DNA of 64,000 bases from a virus (Duplodnaviria > Caudoviricetes), in the IMG/VR virus record IMGVR_UViG_2890449678_000009, positions 1-64,000 of that record; one strand, 5' to 3'. How positions within the stretch are numbered: position 1 is the first letter of the stretch; each line of letters opens with the position of its first letter. The position numbers and the translations under genes are program-made. Under the pieces are notes generated by a model. The model was not told where the DNA came from. It saw only the letters and a program-made list of their open reading frames with translations, and searched no databases. Shown one piece after another: positions 17,787 through 27,245 of the stretch.

Positions 17787-18734
17787 ATGACATCCCATAC
17801 CGATTTGATTAACACCATCAAAGCCATTCAAGAACGCAATGGCCTTTCTCAATCACAGATCAGCCGGGAAAGTGGTATTCCCAAAGGCACCTTGAACCAA
17901 TTTTTGGCAGGCAAATATACCGGCGATAATGACAAGGTCGCCCTCAAAGCCCAACGTTGGGTCGATACGAACACGAACCGGCATCAGCTTCGCCAGAAAC
18001 TGCGTCAAGCACCTGATTTTGTCATGTTGCCCTCCTGCGAGCGCTGGATGAATGTCTTTGAATATGCACAGATTGCCCAAGATATTGGCGTGATTACGGG
18101 TGCCCCAGGCACGTCTAAAACCATGACGGCTGAGTATTATTGTTCCATCAATAGCAATGCATGGCTGATCACGGCTGATAGTTCCCTCAAGACACCCCAT
18201 GCGATCCTACGTGATATTGCTGAGACGGTTGATGCCCCGGTGAAAAATGGCTCTCGCCTGATGAGTGGGTTAATCAAAAGATTGCGCGGTACGCAGGGAT
18301 TGCTGATTATTGACGAAGCCCAGCATCTGACAACGGCAGCGCTCGACCAGCTTCGAGCCCTCAATGATCGGGCTGGCATTGGCATTGCGTGGATCGGTAA
18401 TGAACCCTTGCGTGGCCGTATTGAAGGTATGGGGCGTGAAGCCAGCTATGCTCAGATTTTTAGCCGCGTGGGCATGTGGAAAAATCGCAGAAAACCCACG
18501 AAGGGAGATCTGGACCATATGCTTTCTCAATGGGGCACTATGGAAAGCGATGTGAGTACGCTTCTACGGTGGATTGGAAGCCAAGAAGGTGGCTTGCGTG
18601 AACTCAATAAAACCCTTCGTTTTGCTTGGTTTATTGCCAGTAATGACGGGCGTGACAGCTTGCGTATCAGCGATATTGAGATGGGATGGAATGAACGCCG
18701 CCCCCAGCCACTCCCCAAACGCGCGGAGGGCTGA
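17787..18734 (+). CDS. MuB-like AAA+ target-capture ATPase
   Basis: N-terminal HTH ending GKYTGD; GAPGTSKT; LLIIDEAQHL. Confidence 0.95.
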   Translation: MTSHTDLINTIKAIQERNGLSQSQISRESGIPKGTLNQFLAGKYTGDNDKVALKAQRWVDTNTNRHQLRQKLRQAPDFVMLPSCERWMNVFEYAQIAQDIGVITGAPGTSKTMTAEYYCSINSNAWLITADSSLKTPHAILRDIAETVDAPVKNGSRLMSGLIKRLRGTQGLLIIDEAQHLTTAALDQLRALNDRAGIGIAWIGNEPLRGRIEGMGREASYAQIFSRVGMWKNRRKPTKGDLDHMLSQWGTMESDVSTLLRWIGSQEGGLRELNKTLRFAWFIASNDGRDSLRISDIEMGWNERRPQPLPKRAEG

Positions 18735-18738
18735 GACC

Positions 18739-19146
18739 ATGGATCAAACCGTGATGGAATGCCTTTCAAACGCGCTTGGGCCGTATGGCGATATGGACAT
18801 TACGCGGAATGCGGTGGTGGCGTTTTTGGAAAAGCAACGGTCGCCTTACCAATATGCAGGCACGCTTCTCTATCGGCTTGAAGGAGTGACCCCGGCAGGG
18901 CAGCAGGACGCGTGGTTCCATGTTCTGATGCTGCATTTCCTTGACCAGCTCCCCTCCACGCAATCGCTCGGCTCAATCATCAAGGCGCTGAAAGAGGCTG
19001 CACCGACACCGACCTATGCTGACCGCCTTGAGCAGCAGGCACGGCGCTGTTGGGTGCCGGGACGCAGACGCCGCCTGAAGGAACAGGCCCGCAAAGCGCG
19101 GCTGCATGAGCGCGTGCGCGGATCACGCCTGAGCCCAGCACAATGA
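18739..19146 (+). CDS. Hypothetical early protein
   Basis: ATG 18739 with GGAGG SD; coupled to the next ORF. Confidence 0.6.
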   Translation: MDQTVMECLSNALGPYGDMDITRNAVVAFLEKQRSPYQYAGTLLYRLEGVTPAGQQDAWFHVLMLHFLDQLPSTQSLGSIIKALKEAAPTPTYADRLEQQARRCWVPGRRRRLKEQARKARLHERVRGSRLSPAQ

Positions 19147-19877
19147 GGGACTTTTTGACCGACCGGCGCGTGCCCAAGGGGGCGCCGGTTTTTGGACAGA
19201 CCGAGATTTTTGGGAAACGGGATATGACGATGATGAACAAGCAAAGCCGGATGACAAAAGCCTTTGCAGAAGGGCGGATGATCCGCCGCATGAGTGGACA
19301 AGAAAGCCCTGTTGAAAACTTCAGGCCACGTGATGTGTTGATCCATGACTGGGTCTATGAGGGCGTTGAGCATGCTCGCTGCCTGCAAGAGATCATGATG
19401 GACGCCAAACGCCGCGCTTTTGAGGAGTTCGACCTGATGTGCGACCTGCTTATGGAGCATTACGGTGCGCGCATTGGCGGAACCCGTGGTGGCGCTGAGC
19501 TGGAAAGTATCGACAGGCTTTTGAAGGTGCAGATCACCACGACGGATCAAAAGACTGTCACGCCTGCTATTATCGCCGCTGAAGAGCTCGTGCGTGAAGT
19601 GATGGATGACCTCATGGATGGCGCGAGCGCTGACCTTCGCCAGATTGTTGACCGGGCCTTTTCACGCAACCGCCAAACGGGCCAAATCTCCACCGCACGG
19701 ATTGTTAGCCTTGTGACGATGGAGATTGAGCATCCCAAATGGCCCGCCGCCCAAAGAGCGCTTCGAGAGGCCATCGACAATAGCGGGCAGCGCCGTTACA
19801 TGCGCTTCTACCAACGCGCAGAGGCCCGTGACCCGTGGCAGCTTATCGACCTCAACTATTCATCGTTGGAGGTGTGA
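19143..19877 (+). CDS. DUF3164-like Mu early protein (start may be 19223)
   Basis: LMEHYG...GG..G..LxSxD, IVDRAF, W..A..AL...YMRFYQR...W..I.L pattern. Confidence 0.8.
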   Translation: MRDFLTDRRVPKGAPVFGQTEIFGKRDMTMMNKQSRMTKAFAEGRMIRRMSGQESPVENFRPRDVLIHDWVYEGVEHARCLQEIMMDAKRRAFEEFDLMCDLLMEHYGARIGGTRGGAELESIDRLLKVQITTTDQKTVTPAIIAAEELVREVMDDLMDGASADLRQIVDRAFSRNRQTGQISTARIVSLVTMEIEHPKWPAAQRALREAIDNSGQRRYMRFYQRAEARDPWQLIDLNYSSLEV

Positions 19878-19881
19878 GGTC

Positions 19882-20163
19882 ATGGGTGAATTTAGAGGAC
19901 ATTCCAAGCTGGATGCTGGATTTGAAAAACGGCTTGCCACCGTCAATCAATCCATCTCTGCCCAACTACAAGTTGCTCAAGCGGAGAAAAGAGGCACGGC
20001 GTTCTGCCGGGGTATCATCTCAGGAGCGCTATCCTATTTCGGCACGATAGAGATGGCTCTTTGCTCTGAAGACAACCACAAAGAAATTGTGCATCACATT
20101 CAAGAGATCCTGGTGAAGAACCCAGATATTGTCGCGTTGCGCAAGGAGCTATCCCATGACTGA
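19882..20163 (+). CDS. Hypothetical early protein
   Basis: ATG 19882 with GAGG SD; in operon. Confidence 0.6.
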   Translation: MGEFRGHSKLDAGFEKRLATVNQSISAQLQVAQAEKRGTAFCRGIISGALSYFGTIEMALCSEDNHKEIVHHIQEILVKNPDIVALRKELSHD

Positions 20164-20437
20164 CGCTAAAAATAAGGCCAGCACTCTTGAGGAAATAGCT
20201 GCGAACTATCTGGATTTCTCCGTCATGATAACGCACGCCCAGTTGAGGGCTGCGACAAAGCTAAAGAAAAGCAAGCAATTCAAAGTCGGCATGCTTCGGG
20301 GAGCATTGAACTGCCTTTGGCACACAATCCCCATGCATCATCCTGAAGTGTCGGAAGAAGACATCATAAAGATTGCGCAATTCGCCACAGATAATCTGTG
20401 TAAAAACCCTGCCATTAAAAAACTGATTGGAGGTTAG
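20156..20437 (+). CDS. Hypothetical early protein
   Basis: AAGGAG SD before ATG 20156. Confidence 0.6.
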   Translation: MTDAKNKASTLEEIAANYLDFSVMITHAQLRAATKLKKSKQFKVGMLRGALNCLWHTIPMHHPEVSEEDIIKIAQFATDNLCKNPAIKKLIGG

Positions 20438-20597
20438 TCATGACTATTCCCTCCAACACCGCCGTCACTTCCTAACACTCCCCAATAAAGCAGAGGATTT
20501 TTAACATGTCTCAACAGGCAGACAGGACAGCTATGTCCGAAACGACCGCTAGAAGACGCAAGACCGAGATTTACCGCTCAACCTATCGGGGAGAAAA

Positions 20598-20891
20598 ATG
20601 ATGACTGAAGAAGAGATGAACGCTCATGCTGAAGATGTGGTCAAACGTGCCTTTTCTAGCTTGTGCGATTTGTTAGAGCATGCTCCCAGGTATGAGTTTA
20701 TTCCCAATTTTACGGACGGTTTTTTATTGGGCTGTGCGTATGGTCTCACAAGAGAACGCACGGAAACCTTCTTGGAAAACGGCGATATAACCCGGCAAGA
20801 AGCGCGCGCCCTCCACTGCAAGACAAGCCAAGTTCTCAAGAGGCAGAAAGAGAAGCTCCGTGACATGATGGAGAACAGCGATGACTGCTAA
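20598..20891 (+). CDS. Hypothetical early protein
   Basis: GGGGAG SD; overlaps the gemA start. Confidence 0.6.
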   Translation: MMTEEEMNAHAEDVVKRAFSSLCDLLEHAPRYEFIPNFTDGFLLGCAYGLTRERTETFLENGDITRQEARALHCKTSQVLKRQKEKLRDMMENSDDC

Positions 20892-21291
20892 TCGTCAGAA
20901 GCTGCTGGCTCAGCTTCATATTGCCAAGAAGGATATGGCGCTGGCTGATGAGAGCTACCGCGCTCTCCTCCACCGTGTGACAGGCAAAAGCTCGGCACGG
21001 GAGATGTCTGATGCGCAGATTGGGCGTGTGTTGGCAGAGTTTTCTGCTCTTGGCTGGAAAAAGGGGCGGTTTAAGAAATACGCGGCCTCTGCCCACCCAG
21101 ATGTGCGCAAGGTGTTCGCACTTTGGGGTAGTTTGAAAGACCATCTGGACTGCAAAGGATCACGGGCCGGGTTACGCCGTTTTGTTGAGAACATGGTGGG
21201 TGTTTCTGACCCGAACTTTTTAGACGGCAAGCAAACGCAGCAGGTTATTGAGGCGCTTAAGGCGATGCAGCGGCGTTATGGTGTGGGTTAA
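20881..21291 (+). CDS. gemA: GemA / Mu gp16 (DUF1018) family protein
   Basis: LAQLHIAKK...DESYRALL..VTGKSS..M...VIEALKAM. Confidence 0.9.
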   Translation: MTANRQKLLAQLHIAKKDMALADESYRALLHRVTGKSSAREMSDAQIGRVLAEFSALGWKKGRFKKYAASAHPDVRKVFALWGSLKDHLDCKGSRAGLRRFVENMVGVSDPNFLDGKQTQQVIEALKAMQRRYGVG

Positions 21292-21324
21292 AAGAATTTA
21301 GTCCTATCAGCGACACATAGCCGT

Positions 21325-21350
21325 AAGGCGGTCTTCGGGCCGCCTTTTTT
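21325..21350 (+). terminator. Rho-independent terminator ending the early operon
   Basis: AAGGCGGTC-TTCG-GGCCGCCTT followed by a T run. Confidence 0.88.
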
Positions 21351-21485
21351 GTTGGGTGTGATATGCTCTGACAAAATAAACGGCACTGGAAGAGAATCAT
21401 GGAGCGGACGATTGAGCTGAAGGCGGCTGATCCAAAACCAAGGGCCATACAAAGCAGCTTTGATGCGGCTGGATGATGAGGCGAA

Positions 21486-22136
21486 ATGACCAATAGCAAG
21501 TTCTTCACGAGGCGACTGATACTCAATGACAGGAAGACGCCGTCTGTTTGTTTGAGGGAGGAACAAAGAAGACTCCGTGAGCTTGGACCGCGTATTATAG
21601 ACGCCATCCAGACTGATTGTGCAGGTGAACTAAGAGGGTTGCTAAGGATGTTCGATGTGCATCTGTGGTGGCCCAAATTTGCAAAAGAGATCATCAAGTT
21701 AACAGACCCCATATCCCTAGAGGTGAAAAATGAGTTTAGAAGACATTGGGTTGAGAAAGGCGGGCATATTCGGGATGTGTTGCGAGATGATATTCAGCTG
21801 ATTGTTATCCTCGAAAAGATACTGCCAAGATATTGGGGGCCGTACCCTAGAACCCCCTTATACCGGGGAGAAAATGTAGAACGCCTTGAAAAAGGATTGT
21901 TGGGTTTAAACTGGTCAAGTTCAGTTAATATTGCGCGGGAGTTTGCATCAGGCTTAAATGCGGATACACACAAAGGAGGCGTTCTTTTGAGGGTTTTCCC
22001 AGAAATGTCATCAATTGTTAGCGGGCCTTATCCATATTTTTATACAGCCCGAAAAGAAGAGGAGTTTATTCTATCTCCTAAGTGCGCATCAAAACGCCTA
22101 GTCGAACTGGAATATTTCCCCTGTGTCGGTTGTTAG
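21486..22136 (+). CDS. Putative ADP-ribosyltransferase (R-S-E class)
   Basis: LYRG, WSSS..IA.EFA and EEEFIL motifs in the expected order; lower GC than the Mu core. Confidence 0.7.
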   Translation: MTNSKFFTRRLILNDRKTPSVCLREEQRRLRELGPRIIDAIQTDCAGELRGLLRMFDVHLWWPKFAKEIIKLTDPISLEVKNEFRRHWVEKGGHIRDVLRDDIQLIVILEKILPRYWGPYPRTPLYRGENVERLEKGLLGLNWSSSVNIAREFASGLNADTHKGGVLLRVFPEMSSIVSGPYPYFYTARKEEEFILSPKCASKRLVELEYFPCVGC

Positions 22137-22894
22137 TAATGAGAGCGCCTGACAACCTTCGGCCATCCCTCGACCACTAGAGGAATGATTTTTTCATATT
22201 CGCTCAACCCTGGCACTGGATCAAAACCTATGAGGTTTTGCAAAGACTCTAAGCTGATTTGATGGCATTGTGCGGGAGTGTCGTTGTTACACATAATCGC
22301 CGCTGATGTGTCATCCATCGCATCGTAAACGACTTTGAAAAGACCTGTGGGCACTGTGATTTTATCTGGTCCTATTGTCTCAGATAAGCTGGGGAGAATT
22401 GGCCCCGTAATCACATAGAGCTCTCCATCATTTAGAGCCGCCTGTCGTGTATCCTGTTCAACTTGGTTCCATGGCCCAGAATTCATACTGGCATCTTGGG
22501 GAACAATATTAGAATAGAGATACGTCTGGTTTCGTGTTTGCCAATCTTGCATATCCCCTGATGGGACCATGTGCCCGCGCACATAGCCTGATGCTCGGTA
22601 ATCCATTTTACTAGAAGCATTATCTACCGAGAGCCTGTTATCAACAAAAAACTTTCCCCGCCCATGAAGAGATTGAGCCCGTGTTACGCTCTCATCGGTC
22701 AGATGTTCGGCAGCCCAAAGAGGCACTTTCAACGTGGTTGAGTAACCAACGGCATAGGCATCGTTACATAGAACGTACCCTACGCGTGGAACCTCGGCTT
22801 TTAGGAAAAACTGCGGGCACTGCGTTGATGCACACGCTAATGAAGCTGATGCGTAGATCAGCCCCATTATGGCAATAAGCTTTTGTTGAAACAT
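22133..22894 (-). CDS. Secreted DNA/RNA non-specific endonuclease (NucA/EndoG family)
   Basis: Signal-peptide-like N-terminus; PLWAAEHL, YVRGHMVP, SNIVPQ...NSGPW..VE, YVITGP. Confidence 0.92.
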   Translation of the reverse strand: MFQQKLIAIMGLIYASASLACASTQCPQFFLKAEVPRVGYVLCNDAYAVGYSTTLKVPLWAAEHLTDESVTRAQSLHGRGKFFVDNRLSVDNASSKMDYRASGYVRGHMVPSGDMQDWQTRNQTYLYSNIVPQDASMNSGPWNQVEQDTRQAALNDGELYVITGPILPSLSETIGPDKITVPTGLFKVVYDAMDDTSAAIMCNNDTPAQCHQISLESLQNLIGFDPVPGLSEYEKIIPLVVEGWPKVVRRSHY

Positions 22895-22960
22895 ATTCCC
22901 CTACCAAAAAGGGGAATGATGGCGGAATATAGGCTAATAAATGCCTAATGAAGAAAGGTA

Positions 22961-23539
22961 TTATAGAGGGGAATTACGGCCTATTCCGGCGTGATCTTCA
23001 TCGCCATCGCGTTTCACATCAAACTCGATTTCTTCAACATTGACGCGATGAACTGTATGAGCACGAATGCGGGAACGGATTTTTCTGAGAGCCGCATTCA
23101 CCTGCAATGCTTCATCTGGCATGGGGTAAACTGTGTCATATCTACGATGTGATGGGCTGCGGCAGATCATGTTGATGTGTTCGGCGTCATCATGCCAATC
23201 AGCCACATGGGATCGTGACGCAATAATTCTCCAAGCACATGCGGAGGCTGGGTCGAATATGTAGGGTAACTCGTTGTTTTCTCCTGCACCCTGCCATAAA
23301 TCATAACCAACATTTTGTTGGGCTAAATGGTCTCCAGCATAGGCATTTTGATATTCTTCAATGAATCGTTTTCTTTCTGGTGTACAGTCCCGTGGTTTGG
23401 ATAGGTCATCATCACATGGCAGAACATTGACCTCTGCTTCGTCGATAGCCTCTTCGTTAGTAAAGGGCTCCCCAGCATAAGCGTTAGTGGATACGGCAAT
23501 CGTAGAACACAAGACCGCAAAAGCTATCTGTTTTTTCAT
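22961..23539 (-). CDS. Secreted protein with one Sel1-like helix pair
   Basis: MKKQIAFAVL...AYA signal; AYAGDHLAQQNVGY...ACAW. Confidence 0.7.
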   Translation of the reverse strand: MKKQIAFAVLCSTIAVSTNAYAGEPFTNEEAIDEAEVNVLPCDDDLSKPRDCTPERKRFIEEYQNAYAGDHLAQQNVGYDLWQGAGENNELPYIFDPASACAWRIIASRSHVADWHDDAEHINMICRSPSHRRYDTVYPMPDEALQVNAALRKIRSRIRAHTVHRVNVEEIEFDVKRDGDEDHAGIGRNSPL

Positions 23540-23563
23540 TAACTCATTCTCCTCATAATAGCG

Positions 23564-23875
23564 TTATTCGTTGCGGGCGCGAGAAGCGCGAGCCCCGGCT
23601 TTCAGGGCGTCTTTTTCGCACATTTCCGCCCCTTTCTTGGTATGACGATACCAGTGACTTCCAATCGGATGGTAGATCATAGATTTCGTGTTCAACCATA
23701 CGCGGTTGCACCCGTTTTCGGGGATGGTGTCAGGGCGAGCATCTGACGTGTTGTCTTGGGCAGACGGTGCTTCTGGTGACGGGGATTTGTGTAAGGCCTT
23801 ACGGGCTGCGGCATTTCCCATCGGCAAGGCCAGGATAACCAGTCCAACCCGTAAAAGTCTTCCCCACCCTGTCAT
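23564..23875 (-). CDS. Small secreted protein (VWLNTKSxIYH...WY..TKxG..MCExDA...G family)
   Basis: Signal peptide, Pro/Ser linker and compact Cys/His domain. Confidence 0.7.
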   Translation of the reverse strand: MTGWGRLLRVGLVILALPMGNAAARKALHKSPSPEAPSAQDNTSDARPDTIPENGCNRVWLNTKSMIYHPIGSHWYRHTKKGAEMCEKDALKAGARASRARNE

Positions 23876-23979
23876 GATGATCCCCTTCCTTTACAGGCTT
23901 ATTCACGGGGGATTTTAGGGAATTATGGTTTCTTTTCCATCTTTAAATGATGATTCTTATGGGGAATGTTTAGGCTGAT

Positions 23980-24261
23980 CTATTTCTCTTGGACTGCTTC
24001 GCTATCATCCAGCGCTTTTTGGAGCAGGCGGCGGACTGCTTCGGAGCGAGTCATATTATGAGCCGCTGCCCAACCTTCTATTCTTTGGATAAGGGCAGCG
24101 GGAACACGCCCTCCTAGCATTGGGTCTTTTCCTGTTGCGGGACGACCACGTCCTTTCTTTTTAGGATTAGCCTTTATTGACAGGTCGGAGGAAGTCATCT
24201 TACAACGGTCTCGGACAAAATTAACGGCACCAGTCCAAACGGGATGAGAAGCGGCGGCCAC
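23980..24261 (-). CDS. Ribbon-helix-helix (CopG-like) regulator; true start probably internal (MTSSDL)
   Basis: KKKGRGRPATGKDP...RVP...TRSEAVRRLL. Confidence 0.8.
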   Translation of the reverse strand: MAAASHPVWTGAVNFVRDRCKMTSSDLSIKANPKKKGRGRPATGKDPMLGGRVPAALIQRIEGWAAAHNMTRSEAVRRLLQKALDDSEAVQEK

Positions 24262-24302
24262 CGCAACCCATCCCTTGCCATAACTGAAGATAGGTTTCAG
24301 AA

Positions 24303-24905
24303 ATGACCGATAGTCATCATAGCATTCTTGTACTTAGAGGAATAGGCATTAAGCAGGACGAAGGAGGGCGTTTTTGCCTTAACGACCTGCACCATGCTTC
24401 TGGTGGAAACCCTGCAAAACGTCCCGGTGTTTGGAGAGAGAATATTCAAACAAAGGAGCTTATTGCTGCTGTAACCGATGCAGGAATTCCTGCATCGCCT
24501 ATTTCGATCAAGCGTGGGGGTGTTTTACAAGGCACCTATGCTGTCCGTGAGTTAGTTTACGCCTATGCGATGTGGATCAGCCCGGCTTTTCATCTCGCCG
24601 TAATCCGCGCGTTTGATGCGTCGCAGCAGGAAAACGCGTCCCGGTCTATCCCTCAACAGGCCACACCCACCCCAGCACAGGCCCAACCGCCTATTCGTTT
24701 TCGCAGTATGGATAGTGCGTTTCGGCAGATGATGAAGGTGGCACTTCTTTGTGGGGTGCCGCGACGCGTGGCGATGGAACGCGCGGCTGAGGCGGTGAAG
24801 CGGCATTGGGGTGTAAACCCTCTGCACGCTATGGGACTGACCGCTGAACCTTTGGCCGGTGATGGGCTTTTTGACCGTTTGGAGCGGGAGCGTGGCCATG
24901 AATGA
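24303..24905 (+). CDS. KilA-N domain protein
   Basis: QDEGGRFCLNDLH...GTYAVRELVYAYAMWISPAF. Confidence 0.9.
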   Translation: MTDSHHSILVLRGIGIKQDEGGRFCLNDLHHASGGNPAKRPGVWRENIQTKELIAAVTDAGIPASPISIKRGGVLQGTYAVRELVYAYAMWISPAFHLAVIRAFDASQQENASRSIPQQATPTPAQAQPPIRFRSMDSAFRQMMKVALLCGVPRRVAMERAAEAVKRHWGVNPLHAMGLTAEPLAGDGLFDRLERERGHE

Positions 24906-25083
24906 TCTATCCCTTTGTGAAGCGCGTGGGTTGGTGGCCTTTATGATTGATGGGCTGACCTGCCAGCATGAGTTGGAGCTTGGCGAAGACGCCGTTTTTG
25001 GCTTGAACCTGACCCTGCAAGCGGTGCATCGAACCTTGCAGCGCCTTGATGATGAGCAAGCAGCGGCGGCCTGTCGCTCTTAA
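24898..25083 (+). CDS. Small hypothetical protein
   Basis: ATG 24898 overlaps the KilA-N stop. Confidence 0.5.
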   Translation: MNDLSLCEARGLVAFMIDGLTCQHELELGEDAVFGLNLTLQAVHRTLQRLDDEQAAAACRS

Positions 25084-25211
25084 CCGGCATTGTCCCTGAC
25101 GTTATTTTTGGAAAGCACATCTCTTTTTTTGGGGGTGTGCTTTTCTTTTGTACTTTTGCCTCCAATCCCGCTATTATGGCTGTTCTTGGCGGGATAGATG
25201 AGGCTTTGGGC

Positions 25212-25598
25212 ATGACATCATTAGTGCCTGTTCCAGTTGAAATTCGGTTTTTAGCAGATGTTGTGGGCGAAGCGGTGACGTTTGCCTTTGTGGAAGCCCA
25301 TGCGGGGCAGAAGCTGTGGGTACCGCGTGTGCGGGTGGATACGTCTAACCTTGCGCGGTCTTGGGGGGTGGATGTGGCGCGCTGTTTGTCGGAGCATTTT
25401 GGGGGCGAAAAGTATCAAGTGCCAATGCTCAAAGCTTGGCGCGTGCGCCGGTTGGCCCTGATGGGGTATTCTTACAACGACATCGTTGTGCGGGTGGGTG
25501 TCAGCCACGCAACGCTTCATAATTTTCTATTCACGCTACAAGATGCTGTGCGGGCGGCACGGATTGTGCCGGATGAGCGGCAGTTGAGTCTTTTTTAA
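25212..25598 (+). CDS. Mor/C-like late transcription activator
   Basis: LADVVG...HAGQKLWVP...HFGGEKYQVP followed by an HTH and a QLSLF end; lies just before the lysis genes. Confidence 0.8.
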   Translation: MTSLVPVPVEIRFLADVVGEAVTFAFVEAHAGQKLWVPRVRVDTSNLARSWGVDVARCLSEHFGGEKYQVPMLKAWRVRRLALMGYSYNDIVVRVGVSHATLHNFLFTLQDAVRAARIVPDERQLSLF

Positions 25599-25642
25599 GG
25601 CGGTTCAAACGCTGTTTTTATCCCATTTGACGCGTGCATATG

Positions 25643-25666
25643 AGGGAGGCTTTAGCCTCCCTTTTT
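25643..25666 (+). terminator. Rho-independent terminator
   Basis: AGGGAGGC-TTTA-GCCTCCCT-TTTT. Confidence 0.85.
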
Positions 25667-25669
25667 GCA

Positions 25670-25727
25670 TTTCGGGGTGTAGGGCTGAGTCCTGATAGTG
25701 CGGCCGGTTCTTCCGTAGGGTGAGCCT
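25670..25727 (+). promoter_or_regulatory. Late promoter 1 (Plys-like)
   Basis: 28-bp box TTTCGGGGTGTAGGGCTGAGTCCTGATA plus -10-like TAGGGT 6 nt before ATG 25728. Confidence 0.75.
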
Positions 25728-26438
25728 ATGAAACAGAACCTGCCTGCAACCCTCGCTTTTACCCTCTCTTATGAAGGGGGATATTCTGCCAACCGCGCTG
25801 ACCCCGGCAATTGGACGGGTGGACGCGTGGGGTCTGGGCGATTGGCTGGGACGAAATACGGCATCTCAGCCCCTTTGGTGGCCCGCACCGGTGGGCTTTC
25901 TGTGGATGCGCAGAAGATGCGGCTGCTGTCCGAAGACGATTTTCGCGCCCTAGCGGTGCGCTATTTCTGGGAACCGATGGGCTGTGACCGTCTGCCCTCT
26001 GGGCTTGATCTGATGGTGTTTGACCACGGCTTTAACGCGGGCGCCAAAACCTCCATCCATCTGCTGCAAACGATTGTAGGCGTGGAGCGTGACGGTGTGA
26101 TTGGTCCACAGACGTTGGACGCGATTGAGACGGCCAAGCTTGGCTTTGTGGCGCATTTTGCCTCCCAAGCCACGCTTTCTGCCCTGCAAAAAGAGATGGG
26201 CATTCCCCAAACTGGCATGGTGGATCAGACGACCATCACGATGCTGGAAAAGCACGGGAAGCGCCTTGAGCTGCTGTGCCACGCGTTGAGTGCGCTTCAG
26301 CTAGGGGATTATCGGTCGAAGAAAGAATTCGCCATTTTTGGGAACGGTTGGTTGGAACGGGCGCGCGCCCGACGGGATCGGGCCTTGGCGTTTGTAGGTG
26401 CCACGCCTGTGACGGCATCGTCTGCCCCGACTTCCTGA
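25728..26438 (+). CDS. Endolysin, glycoside hydrolase family 108, with PG-binding segments
   Basis: YEGGYS...DPG...TKYGIS, FDHGFNAG, DGVIGPQTL, FGNGW..R. Confidence 0.92.
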   Translation: MKQNLPATLAFTLSYEGGYSANRADPGNWTGGRVGSGRLAGTKYGISAPLVARTGGLSVDAQKMRLLSEDDFRALAVRYFWEPMGCDRLPSGLDLMVFDHGFNAGAKTSIHLLQTIVGVERDGVIGPQTLDAIETAKLGFVAHFASQATLSALQKEMGIPQTGMVDQTTITMLEKHGKRLELLCHALSALQLGDYRSKKEFAIFGNGWLERARARRDRALAFVGATPVTASSAPTS

Positions 26439-26519
26439 CAGGTTCTGCTGCTTTTCGGTCTGTCGGGCGCGGCGGGCTGTATTCTTTGAGGCGCCGACGC
26501 AGCGCAATGGAGACAGGTT

Positions 26520-26912
26520 ATGTCACTCAAGACCGTTCTTTTAAGTTCCGCTCCTTACCTTTCCCGCGTTTTAGAGCCTGTATTGGGTGGTGCGTTGCAT
26601 AAATACGGGCAGGTTGCCACGACGGCGGTGCGCTCGGCCATTACCAAGACCGACAATGGGCTTGAAGAGCTTGTCGCGGTGTATCGCCGCTATGACGCCT
26701 CCCATCCTTTGGTTCAGACCGCTATCGCTGAAGCGCAGTCGCTTATCCAGCTGGCAGGGCTTGAAGCCCCCGATGCTGAAGGGCTGGCGACCCATATTCG
26801 TGCGGCGATCCATGATCTGGCTTCGGCCTTTGTGCCCCTTGATGGAACCAAGGCGGCCTCTGAAACGTCCTCACAGACCGTGCCCTCAGCACTTGGGCAG
26901 CCGGTGGCTTAA
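26520..26912 (+). CDS. Hypothetical protein in the lysis region
   Basis: ORF with SD after the endolysin. Confidence 0.65.
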   Translation: MSLKTVLLSSAPYLSRVLEPVLGGALHKYGQVATTAVRSAITKTDNGLEELVAVYRRYDASHPLVQTAIAEAQSLIQLAGLEAPDAEGLATHIRAAIHDLASAFVPLDGTKAASETSSQTVPSALGQPVA

Positions 26913-27109
26913 TGACGCTTGAGTGGGTGGAGCTTGTTGGTGCAGCGATTGCGGGTGGAAGCCTTGTATTTGGCCTGCTGGTTGTCCCTGCGCTGTGCTG
27001 GCTCCACCAGCTCTCATTACAAATGAAAGCGCAGGCACACGAGATGGAACATTTGCGCAAGACCTTAGACGCGATCACGCGGATTATGATGGAGGCTGGC
27101 CATGAATGA
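26912..27109 (+). CDS. Small membrane protein (TM plus coiled coil)
   Basis: TAATG coupling; hydrophobic N-terminal half. Confidence 0.6.
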   Translation: MTLEWVELVGAAIAGGSLVFGLLVVPALCWLHQLSLQMKAQAHEMEHLRKTLDAITRIMMEAGHE

Positions 27110-27245
27110 GTCCCTCAAAAGCCTGCGCCTTTGTCTGATTGTCGGGATTGTTGCCCTGAGTATTGGGCTGTTTATCGGCGTGCGTGTGGGAGCCATTGGC
27201 GCTTTTCATCATTGCATTGCTGCCACTATGGGAGGTGGGCTGTGA
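27102..27245 (+). CDS. 47-aa membrane peptide (MNESLKSLRLCLIVGIVALSIGLF...), absent from the ORF track
   Basis: Read by hand; GGAGG SD; overlaps both neighbours. Confidence 0.5.
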   Translation: MNESLKSLRLCLIVGIVALSIGLFIGVRVGAIGAFHHCIAATMGGGL

